A DNA stretch of 32,085 nt, from contig NC_068989.1 in NCBI RefSeq assembly GCF_001194135.2, positions 66,518,031 through 66,550,115 of the forward strand. Direction: 5' to 3'. The position numbers and the translations under genes were made by a program. This document shows, one piece after another, positions 12,642 to 24,358 of this stretch (its first letter is position 1; each line of letters opens with the position of its first letter). The notes beneath the pieces are model-generated. The model worked only from the letters and a program-made list of their open reading frames with translations, was not told where the DNA came from and ran no database searches. The DNA is from Octopus bimaculoides. Its lineage: Eukaryota.

Positions 12642-14839
12642 TAACTGAATGTTCCGTCGACTTTCTTTTTCTCTTTTTAGTTTAGAGTTCATTTCGACCT
12701 TCTACCAACTTGTTAACAAAGGTTATAAAGGTATGAAGTAAACCATCTTGTTTCATTCAGTATCTTTTAAATGTTAAGAAAGTTTTGCAGGTTTTTATTG
12801 TCCCAGGTATCGTGATCATGTCTAGAGTATGTGTTATAGAGCTGCAGTCGCTCCCTAAGAACTTCAGCCTTTCTTAACTTCAAGCTGGTTGGTAGGTTGG
12901 TGCCCATCCTGTTGTTCCAGTAATTATAAGAATCAAAATAAAAGTGTATATTCGATACTGGATTTGCAAACTCTTTTCCAAACATTTTCTCTTTCTAATG
13001 TATTTTTCTGACCAAAGGCCAGTTGGTTTCCACAACGAAGCATGTCTTTTGTCTCCTAGTCCGACACAATATTTGGATGGTTGTTTTATTATATATGTAT
13101 GTCTAAGTGCGTAGGAGTTCAAGAAGCAGAGATTTAGAAACAATATTTCAAACCTCATCTCGAACACATTTCGAAAGCTGAGTGCATGTACTTCTAGGTG
13201 TGTTTGTTATTGTTGTTGTGTAATCGAGCATACTTATGATCAGAGATTTTCCAGCCGTGACAATACTGTCTAATTATAGGCATCTATCTCCACATTATCC
13301 TAGGCATCCTAGATTTTAAGATGCTACATCATCTAATATGTGCCTGCTGTTTCGGCTATTTTAACGAAAGAATTTGATTTGAGGAAAATTTGACTATTTC
13401 TAGTCGGTCAATCAACCACGTAAAAAAAAAACTCTCTGTATTTCACTATGAACGATATATGTCCGTAGTTTAACTGTCTTCATTGTATTATACTTGCCAT
13501 AGATTTGATTCATTCTCCAACGCTTTCCACCTTTCAATAGGCTTCTGTAGCCTTTCTTTGATGAGAATTATCAATAGCGCTTTTCATTTACCTTGTATGT
13601 TTGATGACTTAAACTCTCCTTTAGGTATTAGTTTAGTGTAGGCATTATAATTTAGCTTTAAGCGGATGCAGCGATATGGTGTGAGCAAGTAATTTGTTAA
13701 TTTGAAGCAATGTGATTAACATTCTTTGCTGATGTAGCCTCCTGATAATTACTGTTGCTGTGTGCAGGTGAATAATAACCATTAATCATATTGCGTACTT
13801 CAGTTATACTATAACTGTATCCATGTTAATCATTCTCATTAGCAAAAGATTACAATGTCCTTTTCCCAATTATTTTGAGTTTATAAATAAGATTAGTGAT
13901 ATAAATCACGACTCTTGTCTATCTCAGCTATACTTGAGCGCTAGTCGTCTTAATGTTTCTCATTAGCAAAAGATAGAATTTTTTTTCTGAAATTATCAAA
14001 AGTACTGATATAAATTTCTATGAGTAAAATACTATGAGTAAAATAAAAAGGCAAACATATTTCTTTCTATGCTACTGATGTATAGAAAAAAAGAGGAAAA
14101 GAGTCTCCTGATACGATGTCTCGTTGTTTGTTAGCCACTCCTTAAAAAGACATACTCTGTTTCCTCCCCCAATCAACAGCACAAATCAGCTGCTATGTCA
14201 AGTAGTCATAAATGGTTGTTATAGTCAGATTATTATAATTTCAACATTAGATGTATCTTCGCATACAGAAATATTATCTCTTCTTTTCACGATTTGCACT
14301 CATGCACACGCGCAAACACACACAAACACACCTCCTATATATAAAAATATTGGTTTCAACGTACCATTCAAGATAAAAATTATTGTGAAACAAATTCAAA
14401 ATCGAATGATTAATTTCTTTCCACTAAATATGTAACCTTATACCTTGGATTGAAACGATTATCTTCTATTGTACTCTACAATTTACTGTTAATGTATATA
14501 ATTAATAAGTATTGTTCCACCATCTTACCTTCCTTTTTCTCCTTGTCATTCTTTATTTACTTAAATGTGTTTTAATATAGAACCAAATCAGAATTGATTT
14601 AGATTTCATTGTTTGGTTACGATTGCAGTTGACTTATACCAGAAGTTTTGATAGAATAAGACCTACAATACATTAGTCTAATGTATCTAAGCGACCTACA
14701 CTAAAACTTACTTTTGTGGTAGATACAATAGATGTAAATGCTTGTTAAAATATCTAAGATTTATCCATTATAAAATAATTACAGCTCGGTTAGATCTCAA
14801 TTTAAGAAATAAGATGGTCTTCTAAATGACTTTTTAAAT

Positions 14840-14977
14840 ATATGTATGTGTGTGTGTGTGAATATGTATACATATATACGGATATGTATATATATATATT
14901 TACATATAGACATGCACACATATATATGCTTATATACATACACACACACATACACACACACACATATATATATATAT

Positions 14978-15011
<34 letters not shown>

Positions 15012-15424
15012 GTGTGTTTGTGTGTATATATATATATATATATANNNNNNNNNNNNNNNNNNNNNNNNNNNNNNNNNNNNNNNNNNNNNNNNNNNNNNNN
15101 NNNNNNNNNNNNNNNNNNNNNNNNNNNNNNNNNNNNNNNNNNNNNNNNNNNNNNNNNNNNNNNNNNNNNNNNNNNNNNNNNNNNNNNNNNNNNNNNNNNN
15201 NNNNNNNNNNNNNNNNNNNNNNNNNNNNNNNNNNNNNNNNNNNNNNNNNNNNNNNNNNNNNNNNNNNNNNNNNNNNNNNNNNNNNNNNNNNNNNNNNNNN
15301 NNNNNNNNNNNNNNNNNNNNNNNNNNNNNNNNNNNNNNNNNNNNNNNNNNNNNNNNNNNNNNNNNNNNNNNNNNNNNNNNNNNNNNNNNNNNNNNNNNNN
15401 NNNNNNNNNNNNNNNNNNNNNNNN

Positions 15425-15507
<83 letters not shown>

Positions 15508-15510
15508 TGT
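14840..15510. repeat. AT/CA/GT compound microsatellite, N-gap, (ATAG)n
   Basis: Visible. Confidence 0.95.
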
Positions 15511-17348
15511 ATATATACTTTTGGTATATTATGATGATATCTAAACACACAATCAATCACAGTATTATTCTAGAAAAGATTCAATTAGTACAGTCTATAC
15601 TCGAGCATACAAGTATAGATATCATGGATTTTCATGTACGAAACAATATCCTCTCAAAAACCGGTTGGTGAGCTATCCTTCCTTTTCTTTGTTTTTTGTT
15701 GTTTTTTTTTCTGTGTTTTGTTATTTTTGTTTTCCTGTGAGGAAGCATCTATTGTTGAAGTTATTTGCATTGTTAGCAAAACATCAAATTATCTGGCATA
15801 TGACAGTGGTAATTAATATTTCTATAGAGAGATTTTACTGCAGACTCATATTGATTTTTGGTATCAAGTAAGATTTCGATTTACAAAAGATAAGTTTATT
15901 GAAGTCTATATTGTTGTTGTTGTTGTTGTTGTTGTTTGGCCATGAGAGATCAATCCTGAATCAACAGACCTATGTTCAAATACCTTGCTACAGTGATAAC
16001 CAACCCCTATATTTTTGCGATATATTTCTTCTGCATTATATGATTCCAAACGTTATTATATCTCCCTCCCTCTCAACCCCCTCTACACACTTCTCTCCCG
16101 CTCTACTTCCTCTCTACACATCTCCCTCTATACCCCATCAATCCCTCTGTCCCTTTTCCCCTTCTCTCTCTGTCCCTCACCCTCTCTCCTCTCTCGCTCT
16201 CCCCTCTCTCTCACTCTCTCTCTCTCTCCTTCACTACACAAGCAGGTGGAATTTGAGGAAGCATTTCTATCATTTTTAAAATGTTGTAAGACTACCTAGA
16301 AGCCTCTGCGTAGGCGTGACTTCATCCTTTAAAAGGCGGAAACAAGTTGAATGAATATGTTCCAAAAAACAAAAACATCTCATTGTTTTAAGAGTAATTT
16401 TCATACGTATTTTCACTTTAGATAAGTACAAAAACTATAATAATTGTTAGTCTGTCGATTATTAAAATTTACAGTCTCATTATTGAAAAGTCCTGTAAAA
16501 TATTCACTTTCCTTTCCTATGAGGATGGCGATATCTACGTGAAAATTTTGAAACGTCAATTGATGATGGCTGCCGTTTAAGGGTTAAAGCATATTTATTT
16601 TTCAATCATGACAGAGTAAAGCTGCTTGTGACCACTGAGGCAATATATAAAAATATCTGAGGAAGTATTAAACATTGTCACAGATTTAAATATAGTTTCA
16701 CTCTCAGCTGTGTCTATTGAATAGTTCAAAGTAGCATATTGCTACTTCACTTTTTCATAAAAGATTTTTCATCATGATTCATTGCTTGCCGCAGAACAGC
16801 GAGAATCCCAACTTAGATCAAATAAAATGATAGAATATTTATTCATTCTTAATACGTTCATTATTTGCCAGAACGTATTAATTATGAATAGATACTTTCA
16901 ACTATGAATGAGTATTGTTTAGATATTCGCTGCACAGCTTGTACCCCATAGATTATTATTTGTTCGGCCGACAACAGTATGTATAAAAATATAATCATCT
17001 TCTGTTGATTCCTATAAACGAAAGCTTGTGCTGTTGTCAGATACATCAGTCCAGCGGGATAACTTTGACTGATGAGACACACAAGATCGAAACACCTTGA
17101 TGTCTCAAATCATTACACCGGTGAATCACCTGTCGTCTAAGGAGAGAAAATATTCGCCGATCATGTAAAACAACAGCGATCAAATATTCACATTCAAATT
17201 TGCTATCACGTATTAAGAATGAATAGATACGCTATTTTTTCTATCTTAAAGTCATAAAAGAAGGTTGCATCTACAACCCGTTGCAGCTCCTCCAAGATAT
17301 GTGGGGTGGGGAGAAGATATGCTTAACTTGAAGGACTGGCAAGAGAGT

Positions 17349-17729
17349 TGTTGGTGGCACTCCGTCGCTTACGGCGTCGAGGGTTCCAGTTGATCCGGTC
17401 AACGGAACAGCCTGCTCGTAAAATTAACGTGCAGGTGGCTGAACACTCCACAGACACGTGTACTCTTAACGTAGTTCTCGGGGATATTCAGCGTGACACT
17501 GTGTGACAAGGCTGGCCCTTTGAATTACAGGCACAACAGAAACAGGAAGAGTGAGAGAAAGTTGTGGTGAAAGAATACAGCAGGGTTCGCCACCATCCCC
17601 TGCCGGAGCCTCGTGGAGCTTTAGGCGTTTTCGCTCAACAAACACTCACAACGCCCGGTCTGGGAATCGAAACCGCGATCCTATGACCGCGAATCCGCTG
17701 CCCTAACTACTGGGCCATTGCGCCTCCAC
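17349..17729 (-). mobile_element. Full-length tRNA-derived SINE (381 bp) with 11-bp TSD, in intron 1
   Basis: 5' head GTGGAGGCGCAATGGCCCAGTAGTTAGGG...GGTTTCGATTCCC has pol III A- and B-boxes. Tail ...GTGCCACCAACA. Perfect direct repeat GGCAAGAGAGT at 17338-17348 and 17730-17740. Confidence 0.9.
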
Positions 17730-18019
17730 GGCAAGAGAGTAGACTCCGTTAAAAACAGTCAAGGTACCGGGAAATGGTGTTGAAGCGGTGACGTCTTAGT
17801 CCTAACTTAGTTAGACCAGGAAATTTAACAATATATTACAAAGAGAATAACTACTTTTTTCCCACTCTCCACACATGCACACATATTTACACTTAAAACA
17901 CTTATATACAAGGAACTTTATGCTAAGAATAACGAAGTTCTAAGATCGATTTCAAAAAACAAATGAACTCGGACTATCAAAAATAAAATAACTGAAGGCT
18001 TACACAAATATTAAACTCT

Positions 18020-18200
18020 TTTATCTTTTACTGATTTCAATCATTGAACGGCGGCCATGCAAGGATAACGTCTTGAAGTGTTTAGACAAACAAATAGACC
18101 TCCAGTACTTATTTTAAAAGTTTGATGCTCATTCTATCTGCTGAAACGCTAAGTTACAGCGACGTAAACAAACCAACACCAGTTGGCAAGCAGTGGTAGA
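18020..18200 (-). mobile_element. SINE relic, same family as 1535-1680
   Basis: TTTTACTGATTTCAATCATTGAACGGCGGCCATG...CCAGTACTTATTTT...GCTGAAACGCTAAGTTAC. Confidence 0.5.
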
Positions 18201-18246
18201 AGATTAACACTAACACGAAGACAGATGCATATGGCGGGAATCTTCA

Positions 18247-18365
18247 CAGTATCTGTCTCACCAAATTCACTCATAAATTCACTTACAGTAGAAGACATTC
18301 GTCCAATGGGCCGCACAGTGAAACTGAACCCGAAACCAAGTGGTTGGAAAGTGAGCACAACAAGC
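18247..18365 (-). mobile_element. Old tRNA/CORE-type SINE relic, about 30 bp from the exon 1 donor
   Basis: CAGTAGAAGACA...GCACAGTGAAACTGAACCCGAAACCAAGTGGTTGG is the reverse complement of the 23205-23385 type of sequence. Confidence 0.55.
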
Positions 18366-18395
18366 AATCGAATTATAAAAATCGTAAACACTTAC

Positions 18396-18561
18396 CAAAT
18401 ACACAACACATGAATATCACAGAGTACAAAAAGCAAAATGTTACTTTGATGTGTATTTTGTTGAACGGGTTTATAAACGTGCCCAAACTGTAACCAACTG
18501 TACCATTAAGAGTATTATTCAATTCGTCAATAGCCACTGTTGAATTAAGCTGGTTTTCCAT
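18396..18561 (-). CDS. TrissinR: Trissin receptor-like class A GPCR, coding exon 1 (N-terminus and most of TM1)
   Basis: ATG at 18561 gives MENQLNSTVAIDELNNTLNGTVG...FCFLYSVIFMCCVF-G, with N-glycosylation sequons (NST, NNT, NGT) then hydrophobic TM1. It ends at a consensus donor G|GTAAGT (GT at 18395-18394). 166 nt, phase 1, joins exon 2 to make the TM1 GN motif. Confidence 0.9.
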
Positions 18562-18713
18562 TGTAATATATATGAAATATAATTATTATTCATTAAGGTA
18601 TTTAATACTGTTATTTCATTTCAAACTTCCCGCTGCCTTGTAATACGTTTATATTTCCAGTAAGATTGCACACTTTTTGTACGTCGATATTAAGTATAGA
18701 TTTTGAATTCTAG

Positions 18714-18742
18714 CTGGAAAATAGGAAAATTAAATAAGAAAA
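18714..18742 (-). promoter_or_regulatory. Candidate 3' splice site upstream of the start codon (5'UTR intron)
   Basis: Minus strand reads TTTTCTTATTTAATTTTCCTATTTTCCAG|CTAG, a long pyrimidine tract with CAG, 152 nt upstream of the ATG. Confidence 0.5.
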
Positions 18743-20379
18743 TTTAAGATCATATCAAAAAAATTAATGCAACATACATTACATATATATCTTTTGCAAA
18801 GTATTTTTCTGCCGGTATACAAATCTATAGAAAAACAATTAAAACAAATGCATAGTACACTAGTATATTATAAACCACAACACAAAAATATAACCGTAAT
18901 ACAATCTTCATTCTTATCATTACTTTAACCTGTTTCAGTTGGAGATAATGGCCACGCCAAGGCACAGTCACTGGTGCTATAAAATGTTTATAAAATCACA
19001 GCGAGATTTAGAATAGATGAAGATCTCAAAAGAAGGTATAAAAAATATAATAGTAAAAATAAAAATAAAGAAAATATTGGTTGAAATAAACTAAAATCTA
19101 TGCATATCTGAAATGCAGAAGGAGAACATTTTGTGAGAATCAACAAGCATGAATAAGGCACGACGAGAACTCACCATGTATTGGGCATTGAAAATCATAT
19201 TAGAAGAAATTATGATTAATGATTCCATATGATCTTCAAACCATTCCTGTCTCTTTCTGTAGCAAAACATCATTTATTTTTAAACTGAAAAGAAAACACC
19301 ATGTAACGATTTAATAATTATCTTTTAAACAAAACCAAAATATAGAATATGAAGTAAAAATTTATAAGAGAGACAGTTATGAAAATTTCGAGTAACAGAA
19401 TAAAAAACAAAATATTTCTGAAGTCTGACTGCATCTTCGTTGATCACACATTATTTCAATTAATACTACATGTATGATCAGGAATTAAGTGATAGAAGGT
19501 CCATACATGAAAACCAAATTTGGCTTCAATTCTATGTATGTATCTGTCGGCGAAACACTTTGTATAGCACACGATATTGTAGTTGAGTTATCTGGAAATA
19601 AATTTGCTTTATGGTGTATCAAAATATTATCACGTACTTTCAGTTATATTAGCGAGTATAATTTCTTTAAAAAATTTTAATTACGTTTATGTTGCTTAGT
19701 TCGAATTCGATATTGCTTTAACATAAAAATACTTTTTCAAAAGTAAACAGGATCAACAAGCAGAAAATTATGAAGAACAGCACGTAGCTTAGTTGCTTAG
19801 TTAAGAAGTGATTAAAATTAAATTTGCTATATGGAGATATGCATTAGAAAATTGCATTGCGGATTCGTTGGGTTGTTTGTTTTTACTTGAAGTAGAAAAA
19901 ATTTTTCTCGTGGACGACAGTCCGATCTATACTAATTCTCAAGCCTACGAAACCTTTCTATATTGTTGTTGTTGTTGTTGTTGTTGCTTTAGCTCCAGGT
20001 CAATCCTGATCGATCAGATTTATGATCAATGTTCCGTCCTTAATCGTTCAAATTCTTTGTATATCGGAATGTATAGTAATAAACAATTCCGAAATTATTA
20101 ACTGTTTATCGATATATATCTGTATCGTCGATATGCAGTATATATCAACATTGTATATCAGTAAATATATATCGACGTACCTAACCCGATATCTATACAG
20201 CTATATTTAGAGATGTAGTGATGTACATATATGGATACCGATATGTCTAAATATCGATGTATAGCTATCAATGCATACATACATACACACATACTTACAT
20301 ACATACATACAGACAGACAGACAGTCAGACATACATACATACATACATACATACATACATACATACATAACAATATGCT

Positions 20380-21144
20380 TGCTCCTATTCCATTCTTAAG
20401 ACGGCTTCGTGTATTTGCAGGAAATTCCATTGATAATTTTAGTTGATCGATTAACGACACGCAGGCTCCCTCGTTGGCTCTTACGATAAGGTCGAATGGG
20501 TCATCGATGTAAACGTCCGAGCACTCTATAAGTAACGTGTGTTCTCTTGTAATCAGTACTAAACATAATTCCAACCTCAGTAGATATATTTCAGAGAAAT
20601 ATAAGCTTACAGAACATTCAGCTTGAATCACATCATGTGCAGGTATCGCCGAGCTTTTGGTAAAATTTGAAGCTGATTCTCCGCCCAACTTTCTCTGTGA
20701 TGTTCAATGCGACGATCACACGCTACACACGTTACTTCCAAGCATTGCTGTGCACAGCAAAAGTAAGCTACAAAGATAAAACTTAATGTGGTGAGCTGGC
20801 AGAAACGTTAGCACGCCGGGCGAAATGCTTAGCGTTATTTCGTCTGACGCTACGTTCTGAGTTCGAATTCCGCCGAGGTCGACTTTGCTTTTATTTTTTC
20901 GGAGTCGATTAAATAAGTAACAGTTACGCACCGGGGTCGATATAATCGACTTAATCCGTTTGTCTGTCCTTGTTCGTCCCCTCTGTGTGTAGCCCCTTGT
21001 GTATAGTAAAGAAATAATAAAGATAAAACTTAATGCGCATGCACAGCAGAGTTTAAGGTCAATTTGTGCCAAGCGGTTTCACTCTGAATGCTTTAGCTTC
21101 GTTACTATGACAACAGTCCGGATACTTATTGATCAGACCACGTG
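20380..21144 (-). mobile_element. 5' portion of a decayed mariner element, interrupted by the SINE at 20789-21018
   Basis: Mariner-like terminus TA|CACGTGGTCTGATCAATAAGTATCCGGACTG (21144-21114). After the SINE is removed, a transposase N-terminus-like peptide NITEKVGRRISFKFYQKLGDTCT* appears at about 20705-20635 (cf. mariner EQR.CIKFC.KLG). The left boundary is approximate. Confidence 0.6.
20789..21018 (+). mobile_element. Full-length tRNA-derived SINE (230 bp) with 17-bp TSD
   Basis: Head TGGTGAGCTGGCAGAA...GAGTTCGAATTCC (A/B boxes), central GAGGTCGACTTTGC...GTCGATTAAATAAGTA motif, A-rich tail. Perfect direct repeat AAAGATAAAACTTAATG at 20772-20788 and 21019-21035. Confidence 0.9.
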
Positions 21145-21677
21145 TATGTATGTGTATGTGTGTATATATATATATATATATTAATTTTATTGATTTTGTG
21201 GTTTTGTTGTACTTTAACCCAACCGGAAACAGCTTCCGTCTCATTCGTTTATAAGAATATACATAGCTTTAATGTATCCTTCAAAGACCTAGGCATTTAT
21301 TTTTGTTAAAGCAAAAACAAACAAAAATACATGTTGCTGTAAGTCATTTAATACTTGACTCACATAACGCTAATTCATTCCTTACAATTCTTTAAAGTTA
21401 TTTCATTTCAAAGCAGAAGTGACAGTTTAAAATTTATATACTCCATAACTTTCCAGCCTTCATGTTCACTATCGGGCCTCAATCTGCAGAAAACCAGAGC
21501 CAGCTTTTCTTAAATTGCACCATAATTTTGCAAAATAAATGAAAGACATATAGAGTAATTTAGTACGTCTAAACAGATGTGATAGTCAAATCGGGAATGT
21601 CCACTTGATCAAAGCTGACTTGGCCCTACGCAACTATGAAAATGTTACCGCAGATTTAGAATCTTATACGGAGTGAA

Positions 21678-21830
21678 GTAGGCGAGGTATGGCTAAATGG
21701 GGAAGTAATCCGGGGTTCGATCTCACTACGCGAGATCTTGCGCTAATGGCATTCTTTATAACTTCGGATCGATTCGTATCTTGTGAATGAAATCGAGTAG
21801 ATGGAAACTAAAATAAAGCCTGCCGGGTGG
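21678..21830 (+). mobile_element. Highly diverged SINE relic, same family as 23205-23385
   Basis: GGCGAGGTATGGCT...GGGTTCGATCTCACTACGCG...GTAGATGGAAACTAAAA. Confidence 0.45.
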
Positions 21831-22254
21831 ATTTTAGATGTAATTCAAAAGTTACAGCTTTGCGACACACTGTGTTACACACTTTGTCCTATTAATTCTG
21901 AAAATCAGAAGTGTGTGGAATACACATCAGCTTAGACGTTAATTGAGGAGTAGGTAATGCAGTTGATCGGGAAAATGTAATGTCAAACGACGGAGATCCA
22001 CTACTACTAGCGTTGGGTTTCCAATTACAATGACAGTGTGCATGTCTTTGTTTCCCGATGCTAAAAAAAAAAGAATATTTTAATTCTATTGTTTGAGAGG
22101 AATTGCAGAGGATTTTTATGAAAGTCTGACACTATATAAGTAGTAAAGATACACGTATACACACATATATATACACATATATCAAAGACATGAACTTCAA
22201 GTTACTTTTTCATTATACACACACTCTCACAGTGAGAGAAAGAGAAAGGGAGAG

Positions 22255-22260
22255 AGAATA

Positions 22261-22291
<31 letters not shown>

Positions 22292-22437
22292 ATATATATA
22301 TTCATATAAACATATATATATATATATACATATATATATATGCATATATATATATATACTCACACACACACACACACACATATATATGAGCATTGCATAT
22401 TTATAAATACATATATATATGTATGTATATATGTATG

Positions 22438-22508
<71 letters not shown>
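22255..22508. repeat. Compound GT/AT/CA microsatellite
   Basis: Visible. Confidence 0.95.
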
Positions 22509-22511
<3 letters not shown>

Positions 22512-23204
22512 ATGAAAAAGTATTTTGAAACTTCATGTACTAAGTTAAACCACCTGCTGCTTTATGTTTTTTCATTTGAGTTTTTTTCTTATTATTTTGC
22601 CCTCTGATATATCAAAAAAAAAAATTAAATTCTGCACTTTCTTGCTTCCATTATTTTAATAAAGCATTTAGTTTCTTCTAAATAACACGTGTTTTTTTTT
22701 TCTTAATTATGTGTTCTTTATAAAAGATGTATACGTCGTTATACCGCTTACTATTTTTTCATGTTTTATATCTCTTTATGTCTATAATGATTATATTTTC
22801 TATAGTTTGATGGGGTTCAGGAACAGCTGTTTCTTATCTTATTTCTACATCCCGCTCAGGTCAACTACAGATCCCGCTCAGGTCAACTTTCCCTTCTATC
22901 CTTCCCCGAGGACTGGCGGAATCATTACGGTGTCCTGTGGTATTTATTTCTAGTGCGTTTTATTCTTAGTTTAATTATAACCATGGTCTACACACACTAT
23001 ATACATATCCATAATTAACCATGAATAATATTAGAGCGATAGCGATTTGAGGTTTTCGACCAGCTGATAACAGACGATAAGAAGAAAGCGATGACGCTTG
23101 AACATTCGACATCATGACATATCGTGAATCTGTATTAATTACTTTTTAACACTCCGTTTTGTATATACAAACATATATACATACGCATATTTTTATACAT
23201 ATAT

Positions 23205-23385
23205 ACAGGCTCAGATGTTAGAGCGTGGTAAGAAGTTTGCTTCCTCACCAACCCCATGGTTCCGAGTTCAGTCTCACTGCGTGGTACTTAGGGCAAGCAT
23301 CTTCTACAATAGCCTCAGTAAGACCACAGCTTTGTAAGTTGATTTCGTTGACGGAAACTGAAAAGTTCCCGTCGTATATAGTTCC
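23205..23385 (+). mobile_element. Old tRNA/CORE-type SINE relic
   Basis: GCGTGGTAAGAAGTTTGCTT...GGTTCCGAGTTCAGTCTCACTGCGTGGTACTTAGGGCAAG (tRNA head plus CORE-like CTTRGGCAAG) ...GACGGAAACTGAAA. Related copies at 18247-18365 (-) and 21678-21830 (+). Confidence 0.65.
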
Positions 23386-23936
23386 GTTAGGAAGTGATTG
23401 TTTCCATTGCTTCTTAATGCTCTTCGGAACTTGCAACATTACAGTGATTGATGTAAGGTAACCATTGTATGGAAAAAAATAAGAGGAAGTAAATTCCGAA
23501 CTGTTGACATTTTAAGGCGAACAAAGACTGGGGACAGCGGCCAGTGTGAAGCCGGCAATGGGTGAAGAGAGTAAAAGAAAGAAATCTGTGAGATAAGTTT
23601 CATAGCAGGGCAGCATGCGACATACTATTACTGAAGAACAAAAGCCATTGTTGTATCAGCAAGAAGGTAGAGTAATAAATCACTAATGTAACAAATACTG
23701 ATTGGGTTATATATAAAAAAACTCTTACACGGTCTTGTTTACTCTTGAAAGTGTAGACTTCCACTATTATTTCTCAGTATCTGAGGAGCGAAACGTTAGA
23801 GATTTCAGATAAACCGTTAAGTAACAACAAAATCTATCGCTTAGATCCTTATTCAAAGCTTCTGAAAAAAGCCCCCGTGGGCCTAGGTGGAGGACAAACT
23901 ATATATATATATATATATATATATATNNNNNNNNNN

Positions 23937-23989
<53 letters not shown>

Positions 23990-24139
23990 ATAAATATATA
24001 TACTCGATGGTGTATACTCGCTCGAAACGTCAGCTTATACGCTGCACACAGTAAAGTTCATATTCGTTGTTCATTTTGTACATTTCAATTAAACGTCACC
24101 ATAACAGAGATTGTGTCTATGAAGACGAACAGACAATCA

Positions 24140-24200
24140 GATACATAGAGAGATAAATATATAGAGATAGAGAGACAGACAAAAACAGACAGACAGACAC

Positions 24201-24235
<35 letters not shown>

Positions 24236-24358
24236 CATACATACATACATACGTACATACATATATGTATGCAAGTATGCATATATGTTTGTATGTATAC
24301 ATGTATGTGTATGTACATGTATGTATGTATGTATGTATGTATGTATGTATGTATGTGT
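24140..24358. repeat. GACA/CATA/TATG compound microsatellite
   Basis: Visible. Confidence 0.9.

Noticed and set aside
12770-13860. Possible minus-strand RTE-like LINE relic
   Set aside because: Only faint resemblance (e.g. NTMKT, SRHDHDTW); no catalytic YADD motif recovered.
17660-17729. tRNA gene
   Set aside because: It is the tRNA-derived head of a TSD-flanked SINE and continues into SINE body. The same applies to 20789-20875.
23781-24033. Hammerhead-like cores CTGAGGAG-CGAAACGTT (23781-23797) and CGATGG...CGAAACGTC (24004-24033)
   Set aside because: The first has no stem II loop and a poor stem I; the second lacks an intact CUGANGA. Neither can form a canonical ribozyme.
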